Both the position numbers and the translations under genes were made by a program. Positions 35,557-46,408 of a DNA stretch of 64,000 bases are shown here, in pieces. Source of the stretch: a virus (lineage: Duplodnaviria; Caudoviricetes); IMG/VR virus record IMGVR_UViG_3300009664_000002, positions 7,333 to 71,332 of that record; one strand, given 5' to 3'. The notes under the pieces were generated by a model, which saw nothing but the letters and a program-made list of their open reading frames with translations, did no database searches and was not told the DNA's origin. How positions within the stretch are numbered: position 1 is the stretch's first letter; each line of letters begins with the position of its first letter.

Positions 35557-35905
35557 TATTGATTTAAATAATACGTATTGGGATAGAATAACTGGATATG
35601 TTTCTGAATTACGTATTGATGCACGGTGGATTTTACGTAATAATGATGATAATAAACCATATGGTTCACTTAGAATTGTATCACATCCTGATTTACCACC
35701 AGGTTATCTTAGAGCCTTTTTCACATATATTTCATCAATAAAAAAGAAAACGGATGAAGAAAAAATTCAAACAATTGAAGATTATATGATTACTGAAAGT
35801 GAATTAGAAATATATTCAATAGATAATTCAATTGATACAGAAACTCAAAAATTTGAAGCACCCCATAAAGAATTAGAAAAAATGTTTGGGGTTAAAATAT
35901 TTTAA
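35549..35905 (+). CDS. Hypothetical protein
   Basis: 118 aa ORF. Confidence 0.7.
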   Translation: MNNIDLNNTYWDRITGYVSELRIDARWILRNNDDNKPYGSLRIVSHPDLPPGYLRAFFTYISSIKKKTDEEKIQTIEDYMITESELEIYSIDNSIDTETQKFEAPHKELEKMFGVKIF

Positions 35906-35928
35906 TATTATTACTAACAAAAAAAAAC

Positions 35929-36780
35929 ATGAAAGAAAATTCTGATTTTTTAACAAATAAGGGTAATGCTATTCGTTATAATCAAAATAAATTAAGATAT
36001 GATTTAGTTGAACCTAATGCTTTTAAAGATTTTGTTGAGGTATTAACTGATGGGGCAAAAAAATATTATGACCGTAATTGGGAAAAGGGATTTAGTTGGA
36101 CATCTGTTTTAGCATCATTAAAAAGACATATAGCAGCATTTGAATTGGGTGAAGATTATGACCCAGAATCTGGAAGATTACATGTTGCCCATGCTGCATG
36201 TAATATACATTTTTTAAATGCATTTTATCATATTTTTCCTCAAGGTGATGATAGACCAAAAAAATTTTTAAAAATACCTAAAATTGGTTTGGATATTGAT
36301 GGTGTTCTTGCCGATTTTAGTGGTGCATGGTCAAAAAAATACCCTGAAATATCAAAACATCCAAATTCTTGGTTTTCTGACAGAAAAATGATTGAAAGAT
36401 TTAATGAAATGAAAAAAAATAACGAATTGGATGATTTTTATTTAAATATTGAACCATTAATACTACCAAATGAACTTTTGTTTGAACCACATTGTTATAT
36501 TACATCAAGACCTGTTGATAATAAAATTACTGAAAAATGGTTAGATAAATATAAATTTCCAGCAAAACCCGTTTATACTGTTGATGTTAGAATAAGTAAA
36601 GTTGAAATAGCAAAATCATCTGGTGTTGAAATTTTTATAGATGATTCATACGATAATTTTGTAGATTTAAATAATAATGGTATTTTTACATACTTATTTA
36701 CTGGTTCATGGAATATTAAATATGATGTTGGTCATATGAGAATTAATTCATTGAACGAATTACCATTCTTTAAAAAATAA
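35929..36780 (+). CDS. DUF5664 dATP/dGTP diphosphohydrolase domain fused to a HAD 5'(3')-deoxyribonucleotidase
   Basis: KLRYDL, GAKKY..RNWEKG, DPESGRLHVAHAACN; C-terminal IGLDIDGVLADF, ITSR, IFIDD. Confidence 0.82.
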   Translation: MKENSDFLTNKGNAIRYNQNKLRYDLVEPNAFKDFVEVLTDGAKKYYDRNWEKGFSWTSVLASLKRHIAAFELGEDYDPESGRLHVAHAACNIHFLNAFYHIFPQGDDRPKKFLKIPKIGLDIDGVLADFSGAWSKKYPEISKHPNSWFSDRKMIERFNEMKKNNELDDFYLNIEPLILPNELLFEPHCYITSRPVDNKITEKWLDKYKFPAKPVYTVDVRISKVEIAKSSGVEIFIDDSYDNFVDLNNNGIFTYLFTGSWNIKYDVGHMRINSLNELPFFKK

Positions 36781-36849
36781 AAAAAATATTAACTGTTTTT
36801 TATTTATTAATTTATTCAAAAACTATTTATAGTTATTAATAATAGTGGT

Positions 36850-37185
36850 ATGGGTAATATAATAGAAGATATTTTTGAGGACGTTGATATTAAACCAAAA
36901 AAATCTAAAGTTGTTATAAAATGGATTATTAGAATTTCTATTTTTTTAATAACAACAGCATTTATTGTTGGTAAACTTACTATTAAACATCAAAATAGAT
37001 TGAATATAATTGAAAAAAAAATAGAAAACAATAAATTTGAAATTGAAAACAATAAGAAAGAAATAATAAAAACAAACGAAAAAATGGAATGTAATTTTGA
37101 TAAATTAAATAATAAATATGATAAATTAAATAATAGATTCGATAATTTTTTAATTTTTCAAAATTATGAAAACAAAAAAAAATAA
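36850..37185 (+). CDS. Membrane-anchored coiled-coil protein
   Basis: TM segment WIIRISIFLITTAFIVG followed by a heptad-rich region. Confidence 0.6.
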   Translation: MGNIIEDIFEDVDIKPKKSKVVIKWIIRISIFLITTAFIVGKLTIKHQNRLNIIEKKIENNKFEIENNKKEIIKTNEKMECNFDKLNNKYDKLNNRFDNFLIFQNYENKKK

Positions 37186-37190
37186 AAAAT

Positions 37191-37520
37191 ATGAAAATAT
37201 GTCCCGAACAATATACAAAATTAAATTTTATTGAACTATTAAAAAATTCCAATGTTGATGAAATAATTATAAAAAAAATGAATAAATTACCAGAAACAAT
37301 TAATGTTAATGGTAATGAATTTAATATATATATTAATGTCACAAAATATGGTATTGAAAACCCAAAATTTAATTATGAATTAAATTATTATTCAGAAGAT
37401 ATAATTGAATTTCTTTTCTATTCAAAAGTTTTTAATGATATTGAATTAAGTCTTAATAATTTGCTTTGTAATTTAGTGAATATTAAAGTATTAAATATTG
37501 AAGAATTAATTGATGAATAA
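37191..37520 (+). CDS. Hypothetical protein
   Basis: 109 aa ORF. Confidence 0.65.
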   Translation: MKICPEQYTKLNFIELLKNSNVDEIIIKKMNKLPETINVNGNEFNIYINVTKYGIENPKFNYELNYYSEDIIEFLFYSKVFNDIELSLNNLLCNLVNIKVLNIEELIDE

Positions 37521-38184
37521 AACAACAATTTGTGTAATTAGTGATACACATTCTAAGCATAATCAAATTAAATATTTACCCGATGCAGATGTTATAATTC
37601 ATTGTGGGGATATTACAACAATGGGTTATGAACATGAAATTCGTAATTTTTTTAATTGGTATTCAAATTTATATCAATATGAATATAAAATATGTATTGC
37701 AGGAAATCATGATTGGCTATTTGAATCTAATAGAATGATTGTAAAAGAATTATTACCAGATAATATTATTTATTTAGAAGATTCTGAAATTATCATTAAT
37801 GATTTAAAATTTTATGGTACACCCGTTTCGAAAATGTTTTTTAATTGGGCATTTAATCGTCATGAAAATAAATTGAAACAACATTGGTCAAATATTCCTG
37901 ATGATACTGATATTCTAATAACACACGAATTACCATTTGGAATTCTTGATTATAGTAAAAAAATTAACGAAAATATTGGTTCTAAATCATTATATAAACA
38001 AGTAAGTAAAAAAATTAAACCATTAGTACATACATTTGGACATAATCATAATGGACATGGTATTTTATTTGAAAATAATATAACATATATTAATGCATCT
38101 ATTTTAAACGATAACTATACAATTCAAAATAAACCAATACTTTTTGAAATTGAAAATAATAAAGTTAATATTCTTAAATATTAA
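37510..38184 (+). CDS. Calcineurin-like metallophosphoesterase
   Basis: VISDTH, IHCGD, IAGNHD, LITH, FGHNH motifs. Confidence 0.9.
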   Translation: MMNKTTICVISDTHSKHNQIKYLPDADVIIHCGDITTMGYEHEIRNFFNWYSNLYQYEYKICIAGNHDWLFESNRMIVKELLPDNIIYLEDSEIIINDLKFYGTPVSKMFFNWAFNRHENKLKQHWSNIPDDTDILITHELPFGILDYSKKINENIGSKSLYKQVSKKIKPLVHTFGHNHNGHGILFENNITYINASILNDNYTIQNKPILFEIENNKVNILKY

Positions 38185-38293
38185 TAATTAAACCTGTTTT
38201 ATTTACTTTCTTTCAAATAAACATTTATAAACTTCGTATTTATAAAAAAAAATAAAGGTTTTTATAAAACCATTTTATTAAATACGATTTATA

Positions 38294-41200
38294 ATGTACG
38301 TAATTAATTCAAAAAGATTTAAAAAGAAAATATTACCAGAAATACCAAAAGGTTGTGCATTTGCAACAAAAATACATCCAAGATGGAACAAAAATAATAC
38401 TTATTATGGAACAAACAATTTTAAATTGGATTTTAGACCAAGTGGTTGTTTAGCAAGAATAACAATTTTTGAATCTTCTGAGTATTAGAACTATTCATAT
38501 TTAGGAAGTGAATTTGATATTTGGTTAAGAGGTACTTGGAATAATGCGAATGCACAAACACTTTGGAATAGTAATCTCTGGTTTTTTAAATGGGTTGGTA
38601 GTGGTGGTGGTGTTACTACATCATTTGCAACAAAAAATTGTGCATATTCAATTAGAGCATGTAAAACATATGAGGGTGAAGACGTTCCAGATGGAACTAT
38701 ATTTTCAAATGCATACACGGATGGGGATGGAAATAATTATAATGCCGTTAAAATAGGAACACAACTTTGGATAACAGAAAATTTAAAAACCACTAAATTT
38801 CAAGACGGAACACCTATTACTTTGGGTACTAGTGTTTCTGATTTTCAATATAATGATACAACACCATTATATACTTTTTATGAATATAATACCAAAGGTA
38901 CTACATATAAAGATGCTTATGGTGGTTTATATAATTGGTATTGTGTTAATAATAATATTGTTAGTGGTGATAGTTGGAATGTGTGTAGTGGAAATGATTT
39001 AAATACTTTAAAAGAATATTTAATAAACACTAAATGGCGTGATGAAGTAATAACAACCAATAACATTGGAAGATATGTTAGGTCTTGTAGACAAGTTGAC
39101 CATCCGTTAGACATATATTTTAAAACTACATGGAATATACCAAGTAGTGGTTATAGTTTTACATATCCCGTAGCATCATATGAAGATGGTAATTATAACT
39201 ATTCAATTGATTGGGGTGATAATACAGAAGTTGAAGATTATTATGATGATACACCACCAACTCACATATATGAAAAAGCGGGTAATTATACAATCAAAGT
39301 AAGTGGTTCTTTACCTAGATTTGCCATTGCTAATGGTAGCATGAAATCACTATTGCTTGGTGTAGAAAATTGGGGCGATGTTGGATTCAAATCAATGGCA
39401 TACATGTTCCAAGGTGTTACAAATAATATAGAAATACCCAATACCCTGACTGGACATAAAGATGTAACTAGTATGGAAGGTATGTTTTTTAGTGCAACTA
39501 CTTTTAATGGGGATATATCTAATTGGGATGTTAGTAATATAACTAATATGAAATATATGTTTAGAAATTCATCATTCAATCAGGATATTGGTAGTTGGAA
39601 TGTTAGCAAAGTAACTAACATGGATGCTATGTTTTATGGAACACCTTTTAATCAAGATATTGGTAATTGGAATGTAAGTAAAGTAACTAACATGAGTAAT
39701 ATGTTTTATAATGCATCTAATTTTAATCAAGATATTGGCAATTGGAATGTTGGTAATGTTACAAATATGACTTGTATGTTTATGTATTCTTATGAATTTA
39801 ATCAAGACATTGGTAATTGGAATGTAAGTAAAGTAACTAACATGAGTAATATGTTTTATAATGCATCTAATTTTAATCAAGATATTGGCAATTGGAATGT
39901 TAGTAATGTAACTAATATGGCTCAAACTTTTCGTCTTGCTCAAAGTTTCAATCAAGATATTGGTAATTGGAATGTAAGTAAAGTAACTAACATGAGTAAT
40001 ATGTTTTATAATGCATCTAATTTTAATCAAGATATTGGCAATTGGAATGTTAGTAATGTAACTAATATGAGTTATATGTTTCGTTACGCTACTAATTTTA
40101 ATCAAAATATTGGCAATTGGAATGTTGGTAATGTTACTAATATGACAGCAATGTTTTATAAAGCAAACAAATTCAATCAAGATTTATCATTTTGGTGTGT
40201 AAGTAATATTGCAACCAAACCAACAGATTTTGATGGTCTTGCAAGTTCTTGGACATTACCTAATTCACGTCCTATTTGGGGTACATGTCCTGATAAAAAT
40301 GATTTTGTTACTAAATGGAAAATACCTAACAGTGAATATACATTTACATTCCCAGCAGCACAATATGAAGGTGGTGTTTATGATTATTGGATTAATTGGG
40401 GGGATGGTACTGAAATTGAACACATAACAGGAAATACAGCACCAACGCATGTATATGCATATTCTGGTAATTGTTATATTAGAGTAAGTGGTTCTTTGCC
40501 AAGATTTGCTATTGATAATGGTAGTATGAAATCATTGCTACTTGGTGTTATTACTTGGGGTAACGTTGGATTTAAATCAATGGCAAACATGTTCCGAGGT
40601 ATTACCAATAATATAACCATACCCAATGAATTAACTGGTCATGAAGATGTTACTGATATGACTAATATGTTTTCTTCCGCTATTATTTTTAATCGGGATA
40701 TTAGTGGTTGGGATGTTAGTAATGTTACTAATATGAGTGGTATGTTTAGTTTTACTGTTGATTTTAACCAAGATATTAGTGGTTGGGATGTTAGTAATGT
40801 AACAGGAATGTCTTATATGTTTTATGAAGCAGAAGATTTTAATCAAGATTTATATTGGTGGTGTGTAAAAAAAATATCATCAAAACCTGGTGGTTTTGAT
40901 GATATTGCAACTTCTTGGATTTTACCACGACCACAATGGGGTACTTGTCCAAGTAAAAAAGATTTGTTTATTACTTCTTGGAGTTTACCAACATCACCAC
41001 CATATGATAATTCAATAGCATTTCCAGTTAAATCATATTTTGGTGGAAATTACGATTATTGGATTGATTGGGGGGATGGTACAATAGAATATTTTGATGA
41101 TGATACACAACCAACACATACATATAGTATTATAAACGATTATCAAATAACTATAAGAGGTAGTTTACCACATATTCGTAACTTATCTGACCCAAGATTT

Positions 41201-42115
41201 CTTGGTGTTGATAATTGGGGTGATATAAAATTACAAACAATGGAAGGGATGTTTGCTGAAAATATAGGAAGTAATTTTTATTTACCTAAAACATTAACAG
41301 GTCATCAGGATGTTACAGATATGAGTTATATGTTTGTAGAATGTTATGAGTTTAATCAAGATATTGGTAATTGGGATGTTAGTAATGTTACTAATATGGA
41401 TGGAATGTTTGCTAAGTGTGAAAGTTTCAATCAGGATTTATCTTGGTGGTGTGTAACTAATATTTCTACAAAACCTCTTGATTTTGATTATGGTTGTATT
41501 TCTTGGATATTACCTCAACCTGATTGGGGTAATTGTCCAGAAGAAAATGTTTTTAAAACAACATGGAATATTCCAACCAATAAATTTAATTTAACTTTTC
41601 CTATAGTATCTCGTGGTAGATATGATTATTATATTAATTGGGGGGATGGTAGTCCTGATGAATATTATAATGATGATACACCACCAGAACATGGTTATCA
41701 TGATTTAGGTATATATACAATTCGTGTTTGGGGTAAGTTAACTGATATTGTTGCCGATGAATATTCTCAAGGTGATTTATTACTTGGGGTTGATAATTGG
41801 GGTGATGTTGATTTTAGAACTATGAAATTTATGTTCAAAAATACGGGTGATATATATTTACCCAATAATTTAACGGGTCATGATAGGGTAGAAAGTATGG
41901 AAGGTATGTTTTTAAATTCTGAATTTAATGCTGATATTTCTAATTGGGATGTAAGTAATATAACTAATATGGATTTTATGTTTAGTGGTGCTACTAATTT
42001 CAATCAAGATTTATCTGGTTGGTGTGTAGAAAATATTACAAGAGAACCAAGGGATTTTTATAATGGTTCAATTTGGCATCCTAGTTTACAACCACAATGG
42101 GGTGAACCTTGTTAG
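38294..42115 (+). CDS. FISUMP + PKD-like + DUF285/BspA repeat protein; one reading frame interrupted by a single TAG at 38486-38488
   Basis: 38294 and 38822 are in frame. DGDGNNYNAVKIGTQLWITENL and YGGLYNWY (FISUMP) lie between or near them; IDWGDG PKD-like modules and FNQDIGNWNVSKVTNM repeats follow. Confidence 0.8.
39500..40190 (+). repeat. 78-bp (26-aa) DUF285/BspA leucine-rich tandem repeats
   Basis: aatcaagatattggcaattggaatgt...aatatg units, several exactly duplicated. Confidence 0.92.
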
Positions 42116-42145
42116 TAAAAAAAATAATAAAAAAATATTTTTAAT

Positions 42146-42763
42146 ATGTTAAATATTATTACTATTATTAAAGAAGAAATCAATAAATTTCTTAAAGAAA
42201 GTGAAGAAGAAATTGATTATGATTTGTATTATTTATATTTTGAAACAATAAATAATATATTATCTGATTTTTTAGAACACAAAAAAATGGGCATAAAAGA
42301 ACAGCCTTGGGTTGTTATACCATTTCCAAGATTAAAAAAAATATGGGAAGATTTTATGCGAAATGGTTTTGTTAGGGATATTAGAGGTTTGGAAATGATT
42401 GAAAATATTGTTCAAAACAATATAATTAAATTATATGCCAACACTGTATTATGTGGTCATACTAGTATAAATCCAGATGATGAATTTGAAGAATTTGGTT
42501 TTACTGAAGAAGACCGTGATGATTTTTATGATTATATTGATAAAATAAGTGATTATGCTTTTTCTGATTTTGGTGGTAGAAGACTTGGTTTATTAACATT
42601 ACTTAAACAATTAAGAAAAGCAAAAACACCCGAAGAAAAAATAGTAATAATTGACCAAATTTTAAATGTTGCACATCAAAGGTCTGATTTAGCATCTTGG
42701 TTTATTGAAGGTGGTAGTTATTCTTTAAGCAAATTAAGTGGTGATATTTCAAATAATAATTAA
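42146..42763 (+). CDS. Hypothetical protein with N-terminal IIKEEINKFLKE motif
   Basis: 205 aa ORF. Confidence 0.72.
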   Translation: MLNIITIIKEEINKFLKESEEEIDYDLYYLYFETINNILSDFLEHKKMGIKEQPWVVIPFPRLKKIWEDFMRNGFVRDIRGLEMIENIVQNNIIKLYANTVLCGHTSINPDDEFEEFGFTEEDRDDFYDYIDKISDYAFSDFGGRRLGLLTLLKQLRKAKTPEEKIVIIDQILNVAHQRSDLASWFIEGGSYSLSKLSGDISNNN

Positions 42764-42790
42764 AAATAAAAAAAATAAAACTTATGATTT

Positions 42791-43120
42791 ATGTCTATTG
42801 ATGAACTATTTAAAAAATTAAAAGAAGAATTTGGTTCGGAAGAATATGGTGAATTTATTTTAAATAACAATAGTATAATTTGGGAATTTGAAATAACAAA
42901 TTATGACAATAATTTAGATTCAGAAAATGAAGAAATGGATGATGATTATTATTATGAAAGCAGTTCATATTCTAACGAAGATTCTTATGAAGATTTTAAT
43001 GATATTAAAAAACGTATTGAATTTTTTTTAGATGATTTGAATGTATTTGAAGAATTTTCAATATTAGAACCTAAATTTATTGGTAATTATAAATTTATTT
43101 TCAAAATAATTAAAAATTAA
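42791..43120 (+). CDS. Hypothetical acidic protein
   Basis: 109 aa ORF. Confidence 0.65.
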   Translation: MSIDELFKKLKEEFGSEEYGEFILNNNSIIWEFEITNYDNNLDSENEEMDDDYYYESSSYSNEDSYEDFNDIKKRIEFFLDDLNVFEEFSILEPKFIGNYKFIFKIIKN

Positions 43121-43202
43121 CGTAACAAAATATTATTAATTTCGTAATTAAATTTATATTTGCATATAATAATAATTATAATTTTAATAATATTTTAATG
43201 AT

Positions 43203-44216
43203 ATGGGTGGTAAAGCGTTAAACAAATTTGGTGTTTATACTGAAAGAAAAAATAGTAAAGAATTTAGAAAAATTAGAAATGAAATTCAAAATATTCTTAA
43301 TACTAAACTTCAGTTAATATCAAAAAGTGTATTATTTTATAAGACCAAATCAAATCATGGTGATTTGGATTTGTTAATAAAAATTCCAAAGGGTTTTCAT
43401 ATTAAATGGTATGATTTCATAAAAAAAACATTCCAACCCAATGGAATTTATTCAAACGGTAATGTTTATTCTTTTGATTACGATAATTTTCAAATAGATT
43501 TTATTTTAATAAAAGAAGAATATTGGGAAATTGCTCAAATTTATTTTGCATATGACCCATTAGGAAATATTATGGGTAAAACATTTCATAAATTTGGTTT
43601 ATCGTATGGATGGAAAGGACTATATTATAAATATAGAAATCATGATGGAATCAACATAAAAGATATTCTAATCACAAGAAATCCACAAAAAATTTTTGAA
43701 TTTGGTGGGTATGATTTTGAAAGATTTATTGTTTCAGGTTTTGATTATCTTGAAGAAATTTTTGAATATTGTATTAATAGTAAATATTTTAGTTCGGATA
43801 TTTTTCAATTTAATAATTTAAAAACAATTGATAAAAAAAGAAATAGAAAAAGAAATTCATATAAAAAGTTTTTAGAATATATTAATAATAAAAATATTAA
43901 TAAATTATATTCTTTTAATAAAGATAAAAATTTTTATATTGAAATGATTAATGATTTTTTCCCTGAATCAAATTTAATTGATATTTTAAAAATTTTGGAT
44001 TTAGAGTGCGAAAAAAAGAAAACCATTTCCAATAAATTTAATGGTAATATTGTAATGGAATGGTTGCCCGAATTAAAGGGTGTTGAACTTGGTAGAATTA
44101 TTTCATTATTTAAAAAATCATTTATTGAATCATATGATGATTACATTTTAAAAACAGAAATTAGTAAAATAAAAGAAGATTTTTTTAAAATTTATGACAA
44201 AAATAAAAGAAAATAA
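43203..44216 (+). CDS. Nucleotidyltransferase-like protein
   Basis: HGDLDLL (GDxD) and FQIDFI acidic motifs; C-terminal GNIVMEWLPELKGVELG. Confidence 0.62.
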   Translation: MGGKALNKFGVYTERKNSKEFRKIRNEIQNILNTKLQLISKSVLFYKTKSNHGDLDLLIKIPKGFHIKWYDFIKKTFQPNGIYSNGNVYSFDYDNFQIDFILIKEEYWEIAQIYFAYDPLGNIMGKTFHKFGLSYGWKGLYYKYRNHDGINIKDILITRNPQKIFEFGGYDFERFIVSGFDYLEEIFEYCINSKYFSSDIFQFNNLKTIDKKRNRKRNSYKKFLEYINNKNINKLYSFNKDKNFYIEMINDFFPESNLIDILKILDLECEKKKTISNKFNGNIVMEWLPELKGVELGRIISLFKKSFIESYDDYILKTEISKIKEDFFKIYDKNKRK

Positions 44217-45069
44217 TAATACATTAACATTAGGAAGTAATCAACTAAATGTTGAAAATTGGAATGTTTATCATCCAAATGGTAAACATATGTTTACTTG
44301 TGGTGAAAATAGGGCTAATTGGTATTTAAAAAGAAATCTTGCAATAATTTTTGATAAAAATAAGATAAAATTAACATTTACCCCTAAAGGATATGGTTTT
44401 TCTGATAATGAAATGTTTGGTAGAACTAATAGGGAAATAAAGTGTGTTGTTTCTGGGAAAACAGAAGAACTCCAAAGACATCATATTGTTCCATATTGTT
44501 TTAGAAAGCATTTTCCCGATAAATTTAAGTCAAAAAATCATCATGATGTTGTTTTAATTAATCGTGAGATTCATAATGAATACGAAAAACATGCAGATGA
44601 ATTTAAAAATAAAATAATAAATGATTTTAAATTAAAGACAATTAAAACATTTAATAATGAATATACAAAAAAACTAAAAGAAGAAACTAAAGATTCTTTT
44701 ATTATTTTAAATAATATACAATCAATTCTAAAGAGAAATGTAAATATGCCAAATAATCTTAAAATAAATAAACTAAAATTAATTTCAAATAAAATAGGAA
44801 TTGGTTTTGATTTTTTGGTTAAATTAAATTACATTCAATTTTTAAAACTTTATCTTCTTATAAAAAAATACCATACAGAAAAAATTAAAAATTTTAAAAA
44901 AAGAAATAAAAACAAATATGATTATGGTTTTCATGTTATAAATAAACTTAAAACAGATAGTGATATTATGAATTTTATAAAAAAATGGAGAATTCACTTT
45001 CTTGAAACTATGAAACCCAAATACATGCCAAAAGGTTGGTCTGTTGATTTTAGAATAAAAACCAAATAA
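44194..45069 (+). CDS. HNH-like protein resembling the EXD2 C-terminal domain
   Basis: CVVSG...RHHIVPYCFRKHFP...NHHDVVL...H. Confidence 0.7.
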   Translation: MTKIKENNNTLTLGSNQLNVENWNVYHPNGKHMFTCGENRANWYLKRNLAIIFDKNKIKLTFTPKGYGFSDNEMFGRTNREIKCVVSGKTEELQRHHIVPYCFRKHFPDKFKSKNHHDVVLINREIHNEYEKHADEFKNKIINDFKLKTIKTFNNEYTKKLKEETKDSFIILNNIQSILKRNVNMPNNLKINKLKLISNKIGIGFDFLVKLNYIQFLKLYLLIKKYHTEKIKNFKKRNKNKYDYGFHVINKLKTDSDIMNFIKKWRIHFLETMKPKYMPKGWSVDFRIKTK

Positions 45070-45334
45070 TTTGTTTAATTTGAATTATTGAATTAAATTT
45101 GTAATTATTTTTTTATTTTTAAATATGATAAAATATTTATATTTGTTGGGTTTTATTAAATTTAAAACTATGTATTCAAATTCTAATAAAGAATATAAAA
45201 TTATTATAAATAATAAAAAAAGAAATTACTTAAATTTTTCATTACATAAAATTTTTGATACAATAAGCACTTATATTATTTATAAGAAAACAATCTTTTT
45301 TTAAGAAAAAAATAACAATTAAATATGTAAAACT

Positions 45335-46396
45335 ATGATTAATCATTCAGCACTTTTAGATTTTGACGATATTCTTATTGTTCCTAAAACAAAAACATCA
45401 ATTGAAAGTAGATATTCTGGTATTTCACTACCATCCAAATTACCATTATTCACTGCACCAATGGACACGGTTGTTGATTTAAATAACATGGAAGTTTTCG
45501 AAAAAAATAAAATTAATGTTGTTTTACCTAGAACCATAAATTATACCCAATATATAAATCATAGGGCATTTAAAACAACCTCAAACGTTTTTATTAGTAT
45601 GGGTTTTGATGATTTAAATTCTTTTGAAGAAAAAGAATTTAACATACTTCCAAATAATCCATATATTCTAATTGATGTAGCAAATGGACATATGGAAAAA
45701 ATAGTAAAATATGCAAAAACAATAAAAAAACAAAAACCCAATGCAATAATTATGGTTGGGAATATTGCAAATCCTGAAACATATAAATGGTATTTTGAAA
45801 GTAATTGTGTTGATTATATTCGTTTAGGAATTGGAAATGGAAATGGGTGTTTAACAACTAAACAATCTGGTATTGGATATCCAATGGCATCATTAATTCA
45901 TAACACATATAAAATAAAAAAAGATTTAATGAAAAAAGAACCAAATATTAATCCACCAAAAATAGTTGCAGATGGTGGAATGAAAAATTATTCTGATATT
46001 GTTAAAGCATTAGCATTAGGTGCTGATTATGTTATGCTTGGTAGTATTTTTAATAAAGCACTTGAAAGTTGTGGTAATAATTATCTTTATAATATTAAAA
46101 TAAATAAAAATACTGCAAAAAGACTTTTTCATTTAGGTTTTCCTGTAAAAAAATATTTTAGAGGAATGAGTACAAAAGAAGCACAAAAAGCAATGGGAAA
46201 ATCAAACTTAAAAACATCTGAAGGTGTTGTTAGATATAGAAAAATTGAATACCTTTTAAATACTTGGGTTGAAAATTTTGAACATTATTTAAGAAATGCC
46301 ATGAGTTATTCAAATGCTAAAACATTAGATGATTTTATTGGTAAAGCAGAAATATCCATAATTACAGAAAATGCATATAAAAGATTTAATAAATAA
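45335..46396 (+). CDS. GMP reductase/IMPDH family protein
   Basis: LDFDDIL, TAPMDTV, IDVANGH, GIGNGNGCLTT, ADGG, FRGMST, SEG. Confidence 0.88.
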   Translation: MINHSALLDFDDILIVPKTKTSIESRYSGISLPSKLPLFTAPMDTVVDLNNMEVFEKNKINVVLPRTINYTQYINHRAFKTTSNVFISMGFDDLNSFEEKEFNILPNNPYILIDVANGHMEKIVKYAKTIKKQKPNAIIMVGNIANPETYKWYFESNCVDYIRLGIGNGNGCLTTKQSGIGYPMASLIHNTYKIKKDLMKKEPNINPPKIVADGGMKNYSDIVKALALGADYVMLGSIFNKALESCGNNYLYNIKINKNTAKRLFHLGFPVKKYFRGMSTKEAQKAMGKSNLKTSEGVVRYRKIEYLLNTWVENFEHYLRNAMSYSNAKTLDDFIGKAEISIITENAYKRFNK

Positions 46397-46408
46397 AAAA
46401 GAATAACC

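Noticed and set aside
39572-40180. ORF 39572..40180 (-)
   Set aside because: Antisense shadow of the BspA repeats.
39500-40190. CRISPR array
   Set aside because: The repeats are in-frame 78-bp coding units of DUF285/BspA without unique spacers; no cas genes.
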